A DNA stretch of 60,187 bases from Pseudomonadota bacterium (GTDB lineage Bacteria; Bdellovibrionota; Bdellovibrionia; Bdellovibrionales; Bdellovibrionaceae), in the NCBI GenBank assembly GCA_041178425.1, contig JBEGVH010000023.1, positions 1 through 60,187 on the forward strand, given 5' to 3'. Numbering within the stretch: position 1 is the first letter of the stretch; each line of letters starts with the position of its first letter. Below, piece after piece: positions 48,367 to 58,399 of this stretch. The translations under genes and the position numbers were made by a program. The notes under the pieces are model-generated. The model searched no databases. It was not told where the DNA came from and worked only from the letters and a program-made list of their open reading frames with translations.

Positions 48367-48367
48367 A

Positions 48368-49528
48368 GTGTATATGAAACTACTCAGGTACCTAAAACCA
48401 GCCATTGAGCAAGCTCTGAATAAAAAAATGGTCTTCATCGGAGGGCCTCGACAGGTTGGCAAGACCACCCTTTCGCTCGATTTTATACGCTCAAAATCGA
48501 TAAGGGATTCCGGCTATTTAAATTGGGATCGAGTATCAGATAAAACCCTTATTCTAAAAGACCAGTTTCCTCTTGATTCAAAAACAATAATTTTTGATGA
48601 AATCCACAAATATAAAAATTGGCGAAATTTGCTTAAAGGTCTTTACGATAAATACCATGAAGATCACAAATTTATCGTCACGGGTTCCGCGCGCCTCGAT
48701 TATTTTCGAAAGGGCGGAGACTCACTGTTGGGTCGTTACAGGTATTTCCGTCTTCATCCATTTTCAATAACTGAATACAAAGTAAAGCCGAATCTCAAAG
48801 ACCTCACGGATCTAATGAACTTTAGTGGTTTTCCAGAGAGTTTATTTTCTAAAAATGAAGATGAGCATCGTATTTGGCAACGAGAAAGAACTTTACGAAT
48901 TATTCAAGAGGACCTTCGAGATCTCGAAAATGTAAAAGAAATTTCACAACTCTTAATGCTGTCAGAGTTTTTGCCTGAAAGAGTTGGATCACCTTTGTCC
49001 TTGAAGGCGTTGTCTGAGGATTTGGGTGTCTCTCAACCAACAGTGGCGCGTTGGATTCAGATTCTTTCAAATCTTTATTTTTGTTATACGATTGCGCCCT
49101 TCGGTAGCCCTAAGATTCGAGCGGTGAAAAAGCTTGCGAAGCTCTATCTCTGGGATTGGTCGGCCGTACCTGGGGGCGGTTTTCGTTTTGAAAATTTGGT
49201 TGCGGGACATTTGCTTCGATATTGCCATTATATCGAAGATACCCAAGGTCATGTGATGGAACTTCGGTATCTGAGAGATACTGATCAACGTGAAATAGAC
49301 TTTGTCGTTTTGAAAAACAAACAACCTGTTTTTGCCGTAGAGTGCAAGTCGGGCGAACGTTCACTGAGCCCCCATATTGCCTACTTTAGAGAAAGAACTA
49401 AGATTCCGCGTTTCTATCAAGTTCATCTTGGAGAGCGCGACTATGGGAGTGACGCGACCGGAAGGGTGATGCCCTTCATTAAGTTTTATCAATTATTAGG
49501 CCAAGAGTTGGGTATCAAAGCCCTTTAA
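48368..49528 (+). CDS. AAA_14/DUF4143 family ATP-binding protein
   Basis: GGPRQVGKTT, FDEIHK, TGSARLD, GGDSLLGRY, EIDF...VECK. Paralogue of 479-1609. Confidence 0.9.
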   Translation: MYMKLLRYLKPAIEQALNKKMVFIGGPRQVGKTTLSLDFIRSKSIRDSGYLNWDRVSDKTLILKDQFPLDSKTIIFDEIHKYKNWRNLLKGLYDKYHEDHKFIVTGSARLDYFRKGGDSLLGRYRYFRLHPFSITEYKVKPNLKDLTDLMNFSGFPESLFSKNEDEHRIWQRERTLRIIQEDLRDLENVKEISQLLMLSEFLPERVGSPLSLKALSEDLGVSQPTVARWIQILSNLYFCYTIAPFGSPKIRAVKKLAKLYLWDWSAVPGGGFRFENLVAGHLLRYCHYIEDTQGHVMELRYLRDTDQREIDFVVLKNKQPVFAVECKSGERSLSPHIAYFRERTKIPRFYQVHLGERDYGSDATGRVMPFIKFYQLLGQELGIKAL

Positions 49529-50131
49529 TTAAGGCTTTTCCGTTACTAAAAGACCCTTTAGTTCCTCGAGAGCGCGAAAGCGGTGTTGAAAGCCCAAGGC
49601 GCTATCGATCAGTTCGAGGTCGGCAATGGTTTTGTCGTAACCCTCTGGATAAAAGCAGCGTTTAGTGGCGCGATCGTGCATAAACTCATCGTTGCGCAAA
49701 TCGAGAGTGCCCTTCATGGAGCCCGAACAAGTAAGAATTGATTCATTGTCACGCGCCTTTGTGCCAAGGGCTACCGCCAAAGCGCACACAAACTCGGCTT
49801 CAATACTAAAGTTATTGGCCTTGCTCGCGGTGAGCTCTCGCAGCAGGCCTAAGCCTCCAAGTTCCATGATCGGCTTTAAGAGGGCGCCCGGAAAACCCAT
49901 CAGGCTCGGAATCGTTAACCCCACGTCATCCACTAACAGGGGCCGAAGCGCTGTGAGCGTGCAAGCCACCTTGAGTTTTTCAAGAACGACCTCTTCGGGT
50001 TTAATCGATTGAGTCTCGGGAATAGACAACTCCACCGGTAAAATCTGCACACCGTGCTTGCTAAAAAAATCCTGAAAGTGTTGCGCCTTGCTTTGGGAGG
50101 TGGTGCTAAAATACAAACGATTGATCGTCAT
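49529..50131 (-). CDS. Ham1/ITPase-like nucleotide pyrophosphatase (divergent)
   Basis: IPETQS, VDDVGL, GFPG, FYPEGYDKTIA, QHRFRA. Confidence 0.75.
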   Translation of the reverse strand: MTINRLYFSTTSQSKAQHFQDFFSKHGVQILPVELSIPETQSIKPEEVVLEKLKVACTLTALRPLLVDDVGLTIPSLMGFPGALLKPIMELGGLGLLRELTASKANNFSIEAEFVCALAVALGTKARDNESILTCSGSMKGTLDLRNDEFMHDRATKRCFYPEGYDKTIADLELIDSALGFQHRFRALEELKGLLVTEKP

Positions 50132-50136
50132 TCCGC

Positions 50137-51018
50137 TTACCGCCCATTAAACATAATGAAGCGATCACGATGTTCGGCAGGAATTTTTGCATCAAGAATT
50201 TTTTTGGCCTCGTGATCCCCATAGCGAGAAGAAATATGGATTAAAACAATTTTTTCAGCTTCGATCTTCGGAAGCACAGCAATTAACTCATCCAGGTGAA
50301 TATGACCCCATTCTCGCGCTTGCTCAGTAGTTTTACGGTCATCAATATACGTGGTTTCAATGAGTAGATACTTTGAATGGGTAATCCAGTCGTGTTCCCA
50401 TAGAAACTCGAGCTTGGTGTCTCCAGAAAAGGTCATCAGAGGAATTTCCTCAATTTCATCAACGGCAATTCCTTTAGTTTTCAACTCAACCAGTTGTTGT
50501 TTGTGAAGGCCGGCGTACTCGGCTTTGAGATGCTTTTTGGTTTCAAATAAGGTGTAGCCACGAGCAGGCACTCGATGATGGGCCTTGAAGGCCTTAATAA
50601 AAAACTGCTGATTCAGTAAAATAGGAGTATTGATCGGCATCGGAACGAATTCAAACTTATAAGAGTGTTTTTCGATGTCTTGCCAAAGAGAAATTATTTG
50701 GCTCAGGGGCTCAATTAATTCGTCGGGCATATAGTACTTGGCCACTTTTTGATTATTCAAATTTTTTTGTGAAATAATATAAGGAATCGCGGCTGCGTGA
50801 TCCATATGGCCGTGGGTAATAAAAAAGGTGTCAGCGCCCAATTGAAACGGAAACGGAAAACCGGCATCAAAACAAATCTTCAGTTCAGGAATGTACAAGG
50901 AGGTACGCACCCCCGCCAATGAAACTCCCACCAATTCGCAAGGCCCCAGGGAAAGGGCACCCGGCGTGGGGGCCGTTGTTAAGCGAGGCTTGTTATTAAT
51001 TATGGTTGAGTCTGCCAC
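50137..51018 (-). CDS. Metallo-beta-lactamase fold hydrolase, TM-type tRNase Z-like
   Basis: GVSLAG, THGHMDH, HHRVP, HLKAEYAGL arm, SGDT, GHIH, LIHISSRY. Confidence 0.75.
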   Translation of the reverse strand: MADSTIINNKPRLTTAPTPGALSLGPCELVGVSLAGVRTSLYIPELKICFDAGFPFPFQLGADTFFITHGHMDHAAAIPYIISQKNLNNQKVAKYYMPDELIEPLSQIISLWQDIEKHSYKFEFVPMPINTPILLNQQFFIKAFKAHHRVPARGYTLFETKKHLKAEYAGLHKQQLVELKTKGIAVDEIEEIPLMTFSGDTKLEFLWEHDWITHSKYLLIETTYIDDRKTTEQAREWGHIHLDELIAVLPKIEAEKIVLIHISSRYGDHEAKKILDAKIPAEHRDRFIMFNGR

Positions 51019-51025
51019 AGCACCC

Positions 51026-52351
51026 TTACTGTTTATTAGCCATTAGGCGTTCGATATCTTTGATTTCTTTAGGGACTAAAGAGGTCATGTTTTCACAGCC
51101 ATCTTTTGTGACACGTAAATTATCCTCAATACGAATTCCAATTCCGCGATAGCGTTCGGGAGCCCGATGGTCATTGGCTGGAATATACAAGCCCGGCTCA
51201 ATGGTAAAACACATATTCTCTTCGATCACGCGAGGCTGACCCTTAATAAAGTATAAACCAGCATCGTGAACATCCATTCCTAACCAGTGGCCAATGCCAT
51301 GGGGGTAGTAACGTTTATGTTCGAGGGCTTGAATAATATCCGCTTTGCGACCCTCTAGGAGCCCAAGCTCCAACATGGCATCGGTGAGCATCGAAGTGCC
51401 TGTTTCTTGTAGTTCTTTGAACGTAAGGCCAGGTTGAATCATTTCGATGATCTGTTTTTGAACTTTCAAAACGGCTTCATAGATATGGGCCTGTTCGTCG
51501 GTAAAACGGCCTGTTACAGGAAAAGTTCGCGTGATATCGCCAGTGTAGTAATTGTACTCAGCGCCGGCGTCGATCAAAAGTAATTCACCGGCTTTGCAGG
51601 CTTGATCATTAAACACATAGTGGAGAGTTGTTGCATTGTTACCGCTGGCCACAATGGCACCGTAACCTTCGCGAGCGGCGCCACGTTTCATCATTTGATA
51701 GAGAATAAAACCATTGATCTCACGCTCGTTCATTCCGGGCCGTACATACTGCATAGTCTCCATATGAACTTCAGCGCTTATTTGGCAAGCGTGACGGAGA
51801 TTATTGAGTTCGTTGTCGGACTTGATCAAACGCTGTTCGCCAAGTAACTCTTCAGCATCGTAGACCGGAAGGAGTCCCATGCCAGTGCGGCCTTGCGCCT
51901 TTGATGTGCGTAGCAAAATATTTTGCATCTTCTCATCGACTTCACGGTTGAGATATTGGCGGTAATAGAGCTTCTCCATACCTTTTAAAAGCTCAACTGT
52001 GCGCGCTTCGAATTCATCAATCGGATAGCAGGCATCAATCTTAAAGAGTGACGACGTTGCTTCTGGACCAAAGCGAAAGCCATCCCAGGTTTCGCGTTCA
52101 GAATCTTTTTTTCGAACAAACATAACCGTTTCGGGGGTCATTCCGGGGCGAAATACCAAAATAGATTCTGGTTCTTCAAAGCCCGTTAGGTAATAAAGAG
52201 AACTGCTCTGCCGAAAATGGTGGTGCACGTCGTGATTGCGAATGGATTCGAGCGGAGAAGAAAGTATCAGAGCGCCTCCGCCCATTTTGCGAGCTAAGGC
52301 TCTACGTCTTTGCACAAAAATTTCTACTGATTCAGTGGGTGTTCGCGACAT
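51026..52351 (-). CDS. pepP: Xaa-Pro aminopeptidase
   Basis: YYLTGFEEP, LIDAG, GDITRTFP, HGIGHWLGMDVHD, TIEPGLY, GIRIED. Confidence 0.93.
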   Translation of the reverse strand: MSRTPTESVEIFVQRRRALARKMGGGALILSSPLESIRNHDVHHHFRQSSSLYYLTGFEEPESILVFRPGMTPETVMFVRKKDSERETWDGFRFGPEATSSLFKIDACYPIDEFEARTVELLKGMEKLYYRQYLNREVDEKMQNILLRTSKAQGRTGMGLLPVYDAEELLGEQRLIKSDNELNNLRHACQISAEVHMETMQYVRPGMNEREINGFILYQMMKRGAAREGYGAIVASGNNATTLHYVFNDQACKAGELLLIDAGAEYNYYTGDITRTFPVTGRFTDEQAHIYEAVLKVQKQIIEMIQPGLTFKELQETGTSMLTDAMLELGLLEGRKADIIQALEHKRYYPHGIGHWLGMDVHDAGLYFIKGQPRVIEENMCFTIEPGLYIPANDHRAPERYRGIGIRIEDNLRVTKDGCENMTSLVPKEIKDIERLMANKQ

Positions 52352-52387
52352 TGTTAGGCTCCGAATTGACTAAGTCGAAAATTATTT

Positions 52388-53410
52388 TTAAATGCCAAGC
52401 TTGGTAGACAGTTTTTTAACCGCCTGTATTCCTATTTCTTGGCCTTTTCGGATCATGTCACGACGGGCTCCAAAATCCAACACAGAAAACGCTGCACTCG
52501 AAGTATCGACCACAAAATCTATGGTTCCCGTGGTTTTTAATAATTGATATTGCTGAAAGGCCCACAAAACCTGGGATTCCGTTGAAAAGGAAGAATCTAA
52601 ATAATCTTTGGTTGAGCTCATAGGGTTGATCAAAACAATGTAGTTAGCCCCTTTTTGCCGAAGGGTGTCTGCCGCGAGTTTTAAATCAACGGCTCCGACA
52701 TTATTAAGGAATGGTTTCGAAAAGGGTGGGGTCGCTAAGCAGTAAGGAATCGATTTAGAAAGATCACCCTTTTTCATCCAAAAGTATTGTTTCTTTTTGA
52801 TGTCGAAGGTGAGGCATTCAAAAGGAATGCGGTTTTGCTCAAATGTCGATCGGCCGAAGGCCTGATTAAGAAAAGGTTGGAGTTCAGAGATCGATGCCGT
52901 CTCGATTTGATTGCGTAAGATTGATTTTTTTAAAACTGATTCTTCGGTCAGTTTCATCATTTGCCACTCCACCTCGCTCGATTGCCCATTGATAGAGTAG
53001 AGCGCGGCAGGCAGACTGCCCCATTCAAAGCCTACCATCGCCTGAACGGGAACGCGGGCCTTGTGAAACTCTTCAAGGATACCCACCGCCAGAAAACTTC
53101 GAAGAAAGCCCGGGCCAATGATCAAGCCAATCTTAGGAGTTTTAGGAATAGGGCGCGGAGTGGGCGCCAGTTCGACGGGAGTCGGTTGTTCTGTCTTAGC
53201 GGAGTCTTCAACAAGGGGTGGGTTGTCGCGCGTGTCTTCGGTGTCGTCGTCAGGAAGGCTCGTATCTTTGGAGTTAACTTTACCAGGGGTTGCGGGGCCC
53301 GTTGTTTTTTTGTCGGAGGCGCCAGGCGAGATGGTCTCGCGATTGGTTTGAATCGATTGGCAACCGAGGGTGAGGGTCATCCAAAGAACCGAAAGAATTT
53401 TTAGGCCCAT
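52388..53410 (-). CDS. Lipoprotein with a degenerate patatin-like domain
   Basis: Lipobox LTLGC after ATG 53410, Pro/Thr-rich linker, KIGLIIGPG...VGILEEF...VGFEWGS. Confidence 0.7.
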   Translation of the reverse strand: MGLKILSVLWMTLTLGCQSIQTNRETISPGASDKKTTGPATPGKVNSKDTSLPDDDTEDTRDNPPLVEDSAKTEQPTPVELAPTPRPIPKTPKIGLIIGPGFLRSFLAVGILEEFHKARVPVQAMVGFEWGSLPAALYSINGQSSEVEWQMMKLTEESVLKKSILRNQIETASISELQPFLNQAFGRSTFEQNRIPFECLTFDIKKKQYFWMKKGDLSKSIPYCLATPPFSKPFLNNVGAVDLKLAADTLRQKGANYIVLINPMSSTKDYLDSSFSTESQVLWAFQQYQLLKTTGTIDFVVDTSSAAFSVLDFGARRDMIRKGQEIGIQAVKKLSTKLGI

Positions 53411-53435
53411 CGGTAAATTGAATTGGATGTGTGGG

Positions 53436-54215
53436 TTAGCGAGTTTTTGCGAATAGAAAAAATTCTTTATTGCCATCTTTGCCCTCAATACTCGATGAAA
53501 AATAGTCATCGACTTTCAAACCAGAGCGTTCACAGCACTCCAGGATCTTGGCCTTTACTATATCGTAAGATCGAGGGTCTTTGACAACGCCATTTTTATT
53601 CAGAGCACGAGAATCCAACTCAAATTGAGGTTTAACTAGAAAGAGAATACATCCTTGAGGCCCTAAAAAGGCTGTCAGGTGCGGTAAAATCGCGGTGATA
53701 GAGATAAATGAAAGATCGCCCACGATGAGGTCAAAGGGTGTTTGTAAGGCCGGAATTGACGCGCGGTAATCGGGAAGATTTTTTGCGTTGATTCCCTCGA
53801 CGTGAGAAAAGTTTTTTTGTTTATTTAGGGCTTCGGCTAGCTGGCCGTGTCCCACGTCGATTCCAACAACGTTGCTAGCGCCGCCTTGAAGGCAGCAATC
53901 AGAAAAACCTCCCGTCGAAACTCCCACGTCGAGAACTCGAAGGCCCTGCACTGGCAGATGGATGTGAGCTAAGGCTCCCTCAAGTTTTAAGCCGCCTCTA
54001 GAAACATACCGATTACCTGGCCCTTCGAGCACACGAACCCAATCCGTTGGCGTCTCCTCGCTGATCTTTTGGCTTGGCTTGGTCACGGTATGCCAATTGG
54101 AGGTTTGATTTTGAAAGACCTGTACTTGGCCTTGTTCAATCAGGGTTGCAGCATGAGTACGAGAATTGGCCAGTCCTCGGTTGCTTAACCATTGATCCAT
54201 TCGAAGGGTACTCAT
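53436..54215 (-). CDS. tlyA: TlyA-family rRNA 2'-O-methyltransferase
   Basis: S4-like start, YVSRGGLKL, LDVGVSTGGF, DLSFIS, LVKPQFE, GNKEF. Confidence 0.92.
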   Translation of the reverse strand: MSTLRMDQWLSNRGLANSRTHAATLIEQGQVQVFQNQTSNWHTVTKPSQKISEETPTDWVRVLEGPGNRYVSRGGLKLEGALAHIHLPVQGLRVLDVGVSTGGFSDCCLQGGASNVVGIDVGHGQLAEALNKQKNFSHVEGINAKNLPDYRASIPALQTPFDLIVGDLSFISITAILPHLTAFLGPQGCILFLVKPQFELDSRALNKNGVVKDPRSYDIVKAKILECCERSGLKVDDYFSSSIEGKDGNKEFFLFAKTR

Positions 54216-54248
54216 GAGAAGGTTTCACTTTCCATGAAGGCTTCTTTT

Positions 54249-55115
54249 TTAGTGAGTTCTGCGTGCATTGTATTCAATGAGCTGAATGAGAGGGGTTGAC
54301 GCCCTGTCAAGAAATCGGATTTGTTCTTCGGCTCTTTTAGAAATAGTCTCGAGCCATTCTTTGGTCTTCGTTGTGCCAATGTGGCAAGCCACATTTTTGG
54401 CATCCTTAACTTGGGGATCAAAATCCAGAAGGTCATCTTTTAGCTGAAATGCCAAACCCAAATGAGAGCCAAATTGAATAAGTCGTGCTGAATCTTCTTG
54501 TGAGCAGCGAGCAATGATAGCCACGCCCTCCGTCACCGAGCGAATCAAGGCACCTGTTTTCAGTTGATGAATCAATTCAGCCGTTTCAATTTTAAGGGTG
54601 CTCATATCAGCCGCAAGATCCATCGCCTGGCCGCCAACCATCCCTTCAGCACCAGCGGCAAGGGCTAGTGTTTGAACTAGTTTGACTCCAATTTCGGGAG
54701 TGTCGAGATAATACTTTCCGATGATGGCAAAGGCCTCAGTGAGCAGGGCGTCTCCAGCCAACAGAGCGGTTGCTTCGCCAAAGACCACGTGATTGGTTGG
54801 TTTACCACGCCGAAGGCTATCGTTATCCATGGATGGAAGGTCATCGTGAATCAGTGAATAGGTGTGAATACATTCTACTGCCGCAAGCCAGGGGAGAAGC
54901 CTTTGAGTCGGAAGATTCATTGCCCCGCCAAGTAAGAGGCCTATTGATGGACGAAAGCGCTTACCGCCAGAAAAGAGCGAGTACTTAATTGCCTCGATTA
55001 ACTGAAAATGACCCTTGTTTTCGTTTTCACCGCCGTGCTTAAGAATTTGATCGAAGTGCAGGTGAAAAAACTCCTCAAGGGCTCGCAGTTGTTCAGTGGG
55101 TAAGCTCAGTTCCAT
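54249..55115 (-). CDS. ispA: Farnesyl/geranylgeranyl diphosphate synthase
   Basis: GGKRFRP, SLIHDDLPSMDND, GGQAMD, KTGAL, FQLKDDLLD. Confidence 0.92.
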   Translation of the reverse strand: MELSLPTEQLRALEEFFHLHFDQILKHGGENENKGHFQLIEAIKYSLFSGGKRFRPSIGLLLGGAMNLPTQRLLPWLAAVECIHTYSLIHDDLPSMDNDSLRRGKPTNHVVFGEATALLAGDALLTEAFAIIGKYYLDTPEIGVKLVQTLALAAGAEGMVGGQAMDLAADMSTLKIETAELIHQLKTGALIRSVTEGVAIIARCSQEDSARLIQFGSHLGLAFQLKDDLLDFDPQVKDAKNVACHIGTTKTKEWLETISKRAEEQIRFLDRASTPLIQLIEYNARRTH

Positions 55116-55117
55116 TC

Positions 55118-55342
55118 TTAGGCTTCCTCAGCGGTGAATGGCTTGGTGACAGGCTGTTTATTGGCGTCGATTTCGACGAGTAAACGAATTTTGTTTTCAG
55201 CTTCAGTGAGCTGAGTTTGGCACTCGCGAGTGAGGCCAACGCCCTCTTCGAAGAGCTTCAAGGATTGTTCTAGCGGAAGATCGCCTTTCTCCATTTTTTG
55301 AACGATTTCTTCGAGGCGTGTTAGCTTTTTTTCAAAATCCAT
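55118..55342 (-). CDS. xseB: Exodeoxyribonuclease VII small subunit
   Basis: FEKKLTRLEEIVQKMEKGDLPLEQSLKLFEEG. Confidence 0.93.
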   Translation of the reverse strand: MDFEKKLTRLEEIVQKMEKGDLPLEQSLKLFEEGVGLTRECQTQLTEAENKIRLLVEIDANKQPVTKPFTAEEA

Positions 55343-55384
55343 AGGATCTCCTGTTTATTAAAATAAAAAGTTTTTTTAAAATTT

Positions 55385-56743
55385 TCAAAGCACCTTTGCG
55401 TTAATTTTTCCGTCGGTAACCTGGAGTTCTATTTGGTCTCCCGATTGAACCTGCTTTGTTGATTTAACAAGTTCGCCATTTTTTGTAACGAGCGAGTATC
55501 CACGATCAACGACCTTCAGCGGGCTCAAGCTATCAAGAAGGCCCATGGTTCTCTCTAGGCGGAAGCGCTTTTGAGTCAGAGTTTTGTCGGCCAACATTCG
55601 AAGTCGCAAAGACTGAGCTTCAAGGCGAGCCCGTTTTTGTTGAAGCAGATGTTCGGGGGTTCCCATGCGATTATGGAGGAGAAGAATTCGATCTCCCAGT
55701 CGCTGAAGGTGTCTTTGGATTGAAAGATTCAGTCGCGAGCTTAAATCATCATTTCGCTGAATTAAATCCTGAATGCGTCGTTGGGGGTCGACGAGTCGGT
55801 GGTGAAGGGTGACTAATTTTTGTTTATTGGTCTTCAAGAACCGATCTGTGGCAAACAAAAGCATACGACGAAGCGTTAGAACTCGACTCATGACTTCTTC
55901 AGCACTTTTGATAACTAACTCAGCGGCAGCCGAAGGAGTTGGTGCCCGCACATCGGCGACAAAGTCAGAAATTGTAAAATCAATTTCGTGGCCAACGGCC
56001 GAGATCACAGGAATTGGGCTTTGCGCAATGAGTCGAGCTAGACCTTCGTCATTGAAGCACCACATATCTTCGATCGAACCGCCCCCTCGCCCAATAATAA
56101 CCACCTCAACATTGGGTAATTGAAGAGCTTTTTGAAAGGCTTCGCGCAAGGCAGGGGCCGCAGCCTCTCCCTGAACCAGAGTGGGCACAATGGTCACGTC
56201 GATACCGCGGGCTCGTCGCTGCAATATATTAAGGATATCTCGTATGGCGGCTCCGGTGGGTGATGTCACAATCGCTATATGTCGCGGAAGGTTTGGCAGC
56301 GGGCGTTTGCGGCTAGATTCAAATAAACCCTCGCGCTTTAGTTTCTCTTTGAGTTGTTCAAAAGCCTTTTGCAAAGCACCGGCGCCTACGGGTTCCATGG
56401 TGTCGCAGGTAATTTGATACTCCCCGCGAGGTTCAAAAACCGTTACTTTTCCGCGAATTAAAACTTCGAGGCCATCGTGGGGGCGAAATCGTAGTTTCGA
56501 ATTATAGCCACGAAACATAACGGCACGTATTTGGGAATTGGCATCTTTAAGGCTAAAATAAAAGTGACCGGAGGTATGTGCCTTAAAATTGCTCAATTCT
56601 CCTTTGACCCATACTTGCGTGAACCGACTTTCAATTTGCCCGCGAATCATTCGATTCAAGGTTTCAACGCTGAGAACTTGAGGTTCATTAACAGGCTGTG
56701 AAGCGGATTCAATATTTAAGTTGGAGTTTGCATCGTTCGACAT
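55385..56743 (-). CDS. xseA: Exodeoxyribonuclease VII large subunit
   Basis: GELSN, SGHFYFSLKD, TSPTGAAIRD, RGGGSIED, SAVGHE, APTPSAAAE. Start at MSND. Confidence 0.94.
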   Translation of the reverse strand: MSNDANSNLNIESASQPVNEPQVLSVETLNRMIRGQIESRFTQVWVKGELSNFKAHTSGHFYFSLKDANSQIRAVMFRGYNSKLRFRPHDGLEVLIRGKVTVFEPRGEYQITCDTMEPVGAGALQKAFEQLKEKLKREGLFESSRKRPLPNLPRHIAIVTSPTGAAIRDILNILQRRARGIDVTIVPTLVQGEAAAPALREAFQKALQLPNVEVVIIGRGGGSIEDMWCFNDEGLARLIAQSPIPVISAVGHEIDFTISDFVADVRAPTPSAAAELVIKSAEEVMSRVLTLRRMLLFATDRFLKTNKQKLVTLHHRLVDPQRRIQDLIQRNDDLSSRLNLSIQRHLQRLGDRILLLHNRMGTPEHLLQQKRARLEAQSLRLRMLADKTLTQKRFRLERTMGLLDSLSPLKVVDRGYSLVTKNGELVKSTKQVQSGDQIELQVTDGKINAKVL

Positions 56744-56986
56744 AGGCGCAAAGTAGCCATCACGGTGAGCATAAGTCAAACCCGCTTGCCCAGGGTGCAG
56801 AAAAAATTTCTTTGCACCGCAATGCTTTTTTTTGTAATGATGGAGACAGGCCTTAATCATCTTAGTTTCAACTTCTATGGCGAACACTTTCTTGTGTTTG
56901 ATTCTAGGGGCTTGCTTCGCAAGGAAATTGACTGACCGGGGCGCGAACTCTCTAACAATTTAAGACTCAAAATAGGGAATTTTCGA

Positions 56987-57520
56987 ATGGCTGAAAATAA
57001 TCAAGATTACAATCGCGGTGGTTTTATTACCTTTATTTTTACGATGGTATTCGTGCTGTCATTCTTTGTTTACCTTGTAACGATTCACCCTGGTGTTGAT
57101 ATGGGTGAAAAAGTTCGAGAGATCGAAGCAACAAAAGCAGAGGCTCCTAAGCTTATCGATATCGCAACAGTCAAAGAACCTTGGGTTGAGAGCGCTGATG
57201 TTGCCGCTTACGGCGCCAGTGTTTTCAAAACAAACTGCGCCATGTGTCACGGCGACAAGGGATTGGGTGATGGCCCTGCCGGAGCAGCTCTAATGCCTAA
57301 GCCTCGTAATCTCGTAGAAGGAAAATGGAAACAGGGCGGAGATTCTGTGGCTCTCTACGGCACTTTAACAACAGGTATTCCTGGAAGTTCGATGGCTGGT
57401 TATGCCCACTTCAAACCAGCTGATCGCTGGGCACTTGTGCAATTTATTCGTTCGATCACTCAAAACAAGGTGGCCGATGATGCAGCTAAACTAAAAGAGT
57501 TTGCAGCCACGGCAAAGTAA
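56987..57520 (+). CDS. Membrane-anchored c-type cytochrome
   Basis: N-terminal TM helix, CAMCH heme motif, GIPGSSM. Confidence 0.88.
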   Translation: MAENNQDYNRGGFITFIFTMVFVLSFFVYLVTIHPGVDMGEKVREIEATKAEAPKLIDIATVKEPWVESADVAAYGASVFKTNCAMCHGDKGLGDGPAGAALMPKPRNLVEGKWKQGGDSVALYGTLTTGIPGSSMAGYAHFKPADRWALVQFIRSITQNKVADDAAKLKEFAATAK

Positions 57521-57546
57521 GCTTCTTTTTTCAGGGGGAACGAGTT

Positions 57547-58374
57547 TTGTTTAGATCAAGGCTCTTTATCGCATCACTAACTGTGCTTATGGGTTGGCAA
57601 GCTTTTGCTAAGCTCACGGAGCCAATCGGCAAAAGTGTATCTGAGCCGGTACCTGAGTTAAAAGATGTTGGCATTGATCATCAAATTGGTAAAAATCTCC
57701 CTCTTGATCTGGAGTTTAAAAACGAAGAAGGTCAGACAGTTAAGTTAGGCCAGTTTTTAGCACCCGGTAAGCCACTCATTATTAGTCCTGTCTATTTTGG
57801 TTGTCAGAGTCTTTGTAACTATCATTTGAACGGTCTCACAGAAGGCCTCAAAGGGCTCGATTGGAATGCGGGCGAAAAATTTGAGGTGCTCGCGATTAGT
57901 TTTGATGATCGCGAGGGCCCAGCTCTCGCAAAGGCCAAAAAAGAAAGTTATATGACTTTTTATGATCGCCCCAAAGCAACAGGCGGCTGGCACTTTCTCA
58001 CGGGCGATATCAAGGCCATTGGTGCACTCACTTCGGCCGTTGGTTTTAAGTATAAATGGAATGAAGATTTAGGCGAGTGGGCGCACGCTTCGGCGGCGAT
58101 TATCGTTTCTCCCGAAGGTAAAATTACCCGTTATCTCCCCGGGGTTTATTTTAAACCTCAAGACATCAAATTGGCACTCAATGAATCCGTTGATGGAAAG
58201 TTGGGAACTTTTGTCGATCGAATGGTTCTTTTTTGTTTTAGATACGATGAACATCAAAGCAAATACTCTCCTGTTGTGACTAACATCATGAAGTTGGGTG
58301 GGGGTTTGATGATATTGATGTTGGCGGTCTGGCTGATTCCATTTTGGCTAAGATCGCGGCGTCAATTAGCATAG
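57547..58374 (+). CDS. SCO family copper chaperone
   Basis: YFGCQSLC, WHFLTG, WAH. Lies in the oxidase operon. Confidence 0.88.
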   Translation: MFRSRLFIASLTVLMGWQAFAKLTEPIGKSVSEPVPELKDVGIDHQIGKNLPLDLEFKNEEGQTVKLGQFLAPGKPLIISPVYFGCQSLCNYHLNGLTEGLKGLDWNAGEKFEVLAISFDDREGPALAKAKKESYMTFYDRPKATGGWHFLTGDIKAIGALTSAVGFKYKWNEDLGEWAHASAAIIVSPEGKITRYLPGVYFKPQDIKLALNESVDGKLGTFVDRMVLFCFRYDEHQSKYSPVVTNIMKLGGGLMILMLAVWLIPFWLRSRRQLA

Positions 58375-58399
58375 TATAATTAGGTCAACCTTTTATAGA

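Noticed and set aside
52388..56887. Extended N-termini from the ORF track (xseA 56887, patatin 53509; also galU 26261, fic 37805, RlmI-like 46977)
   Set aside because: The extensions overlap neighbours or regulatory DNA. Downstream ATGs fit family starts better.
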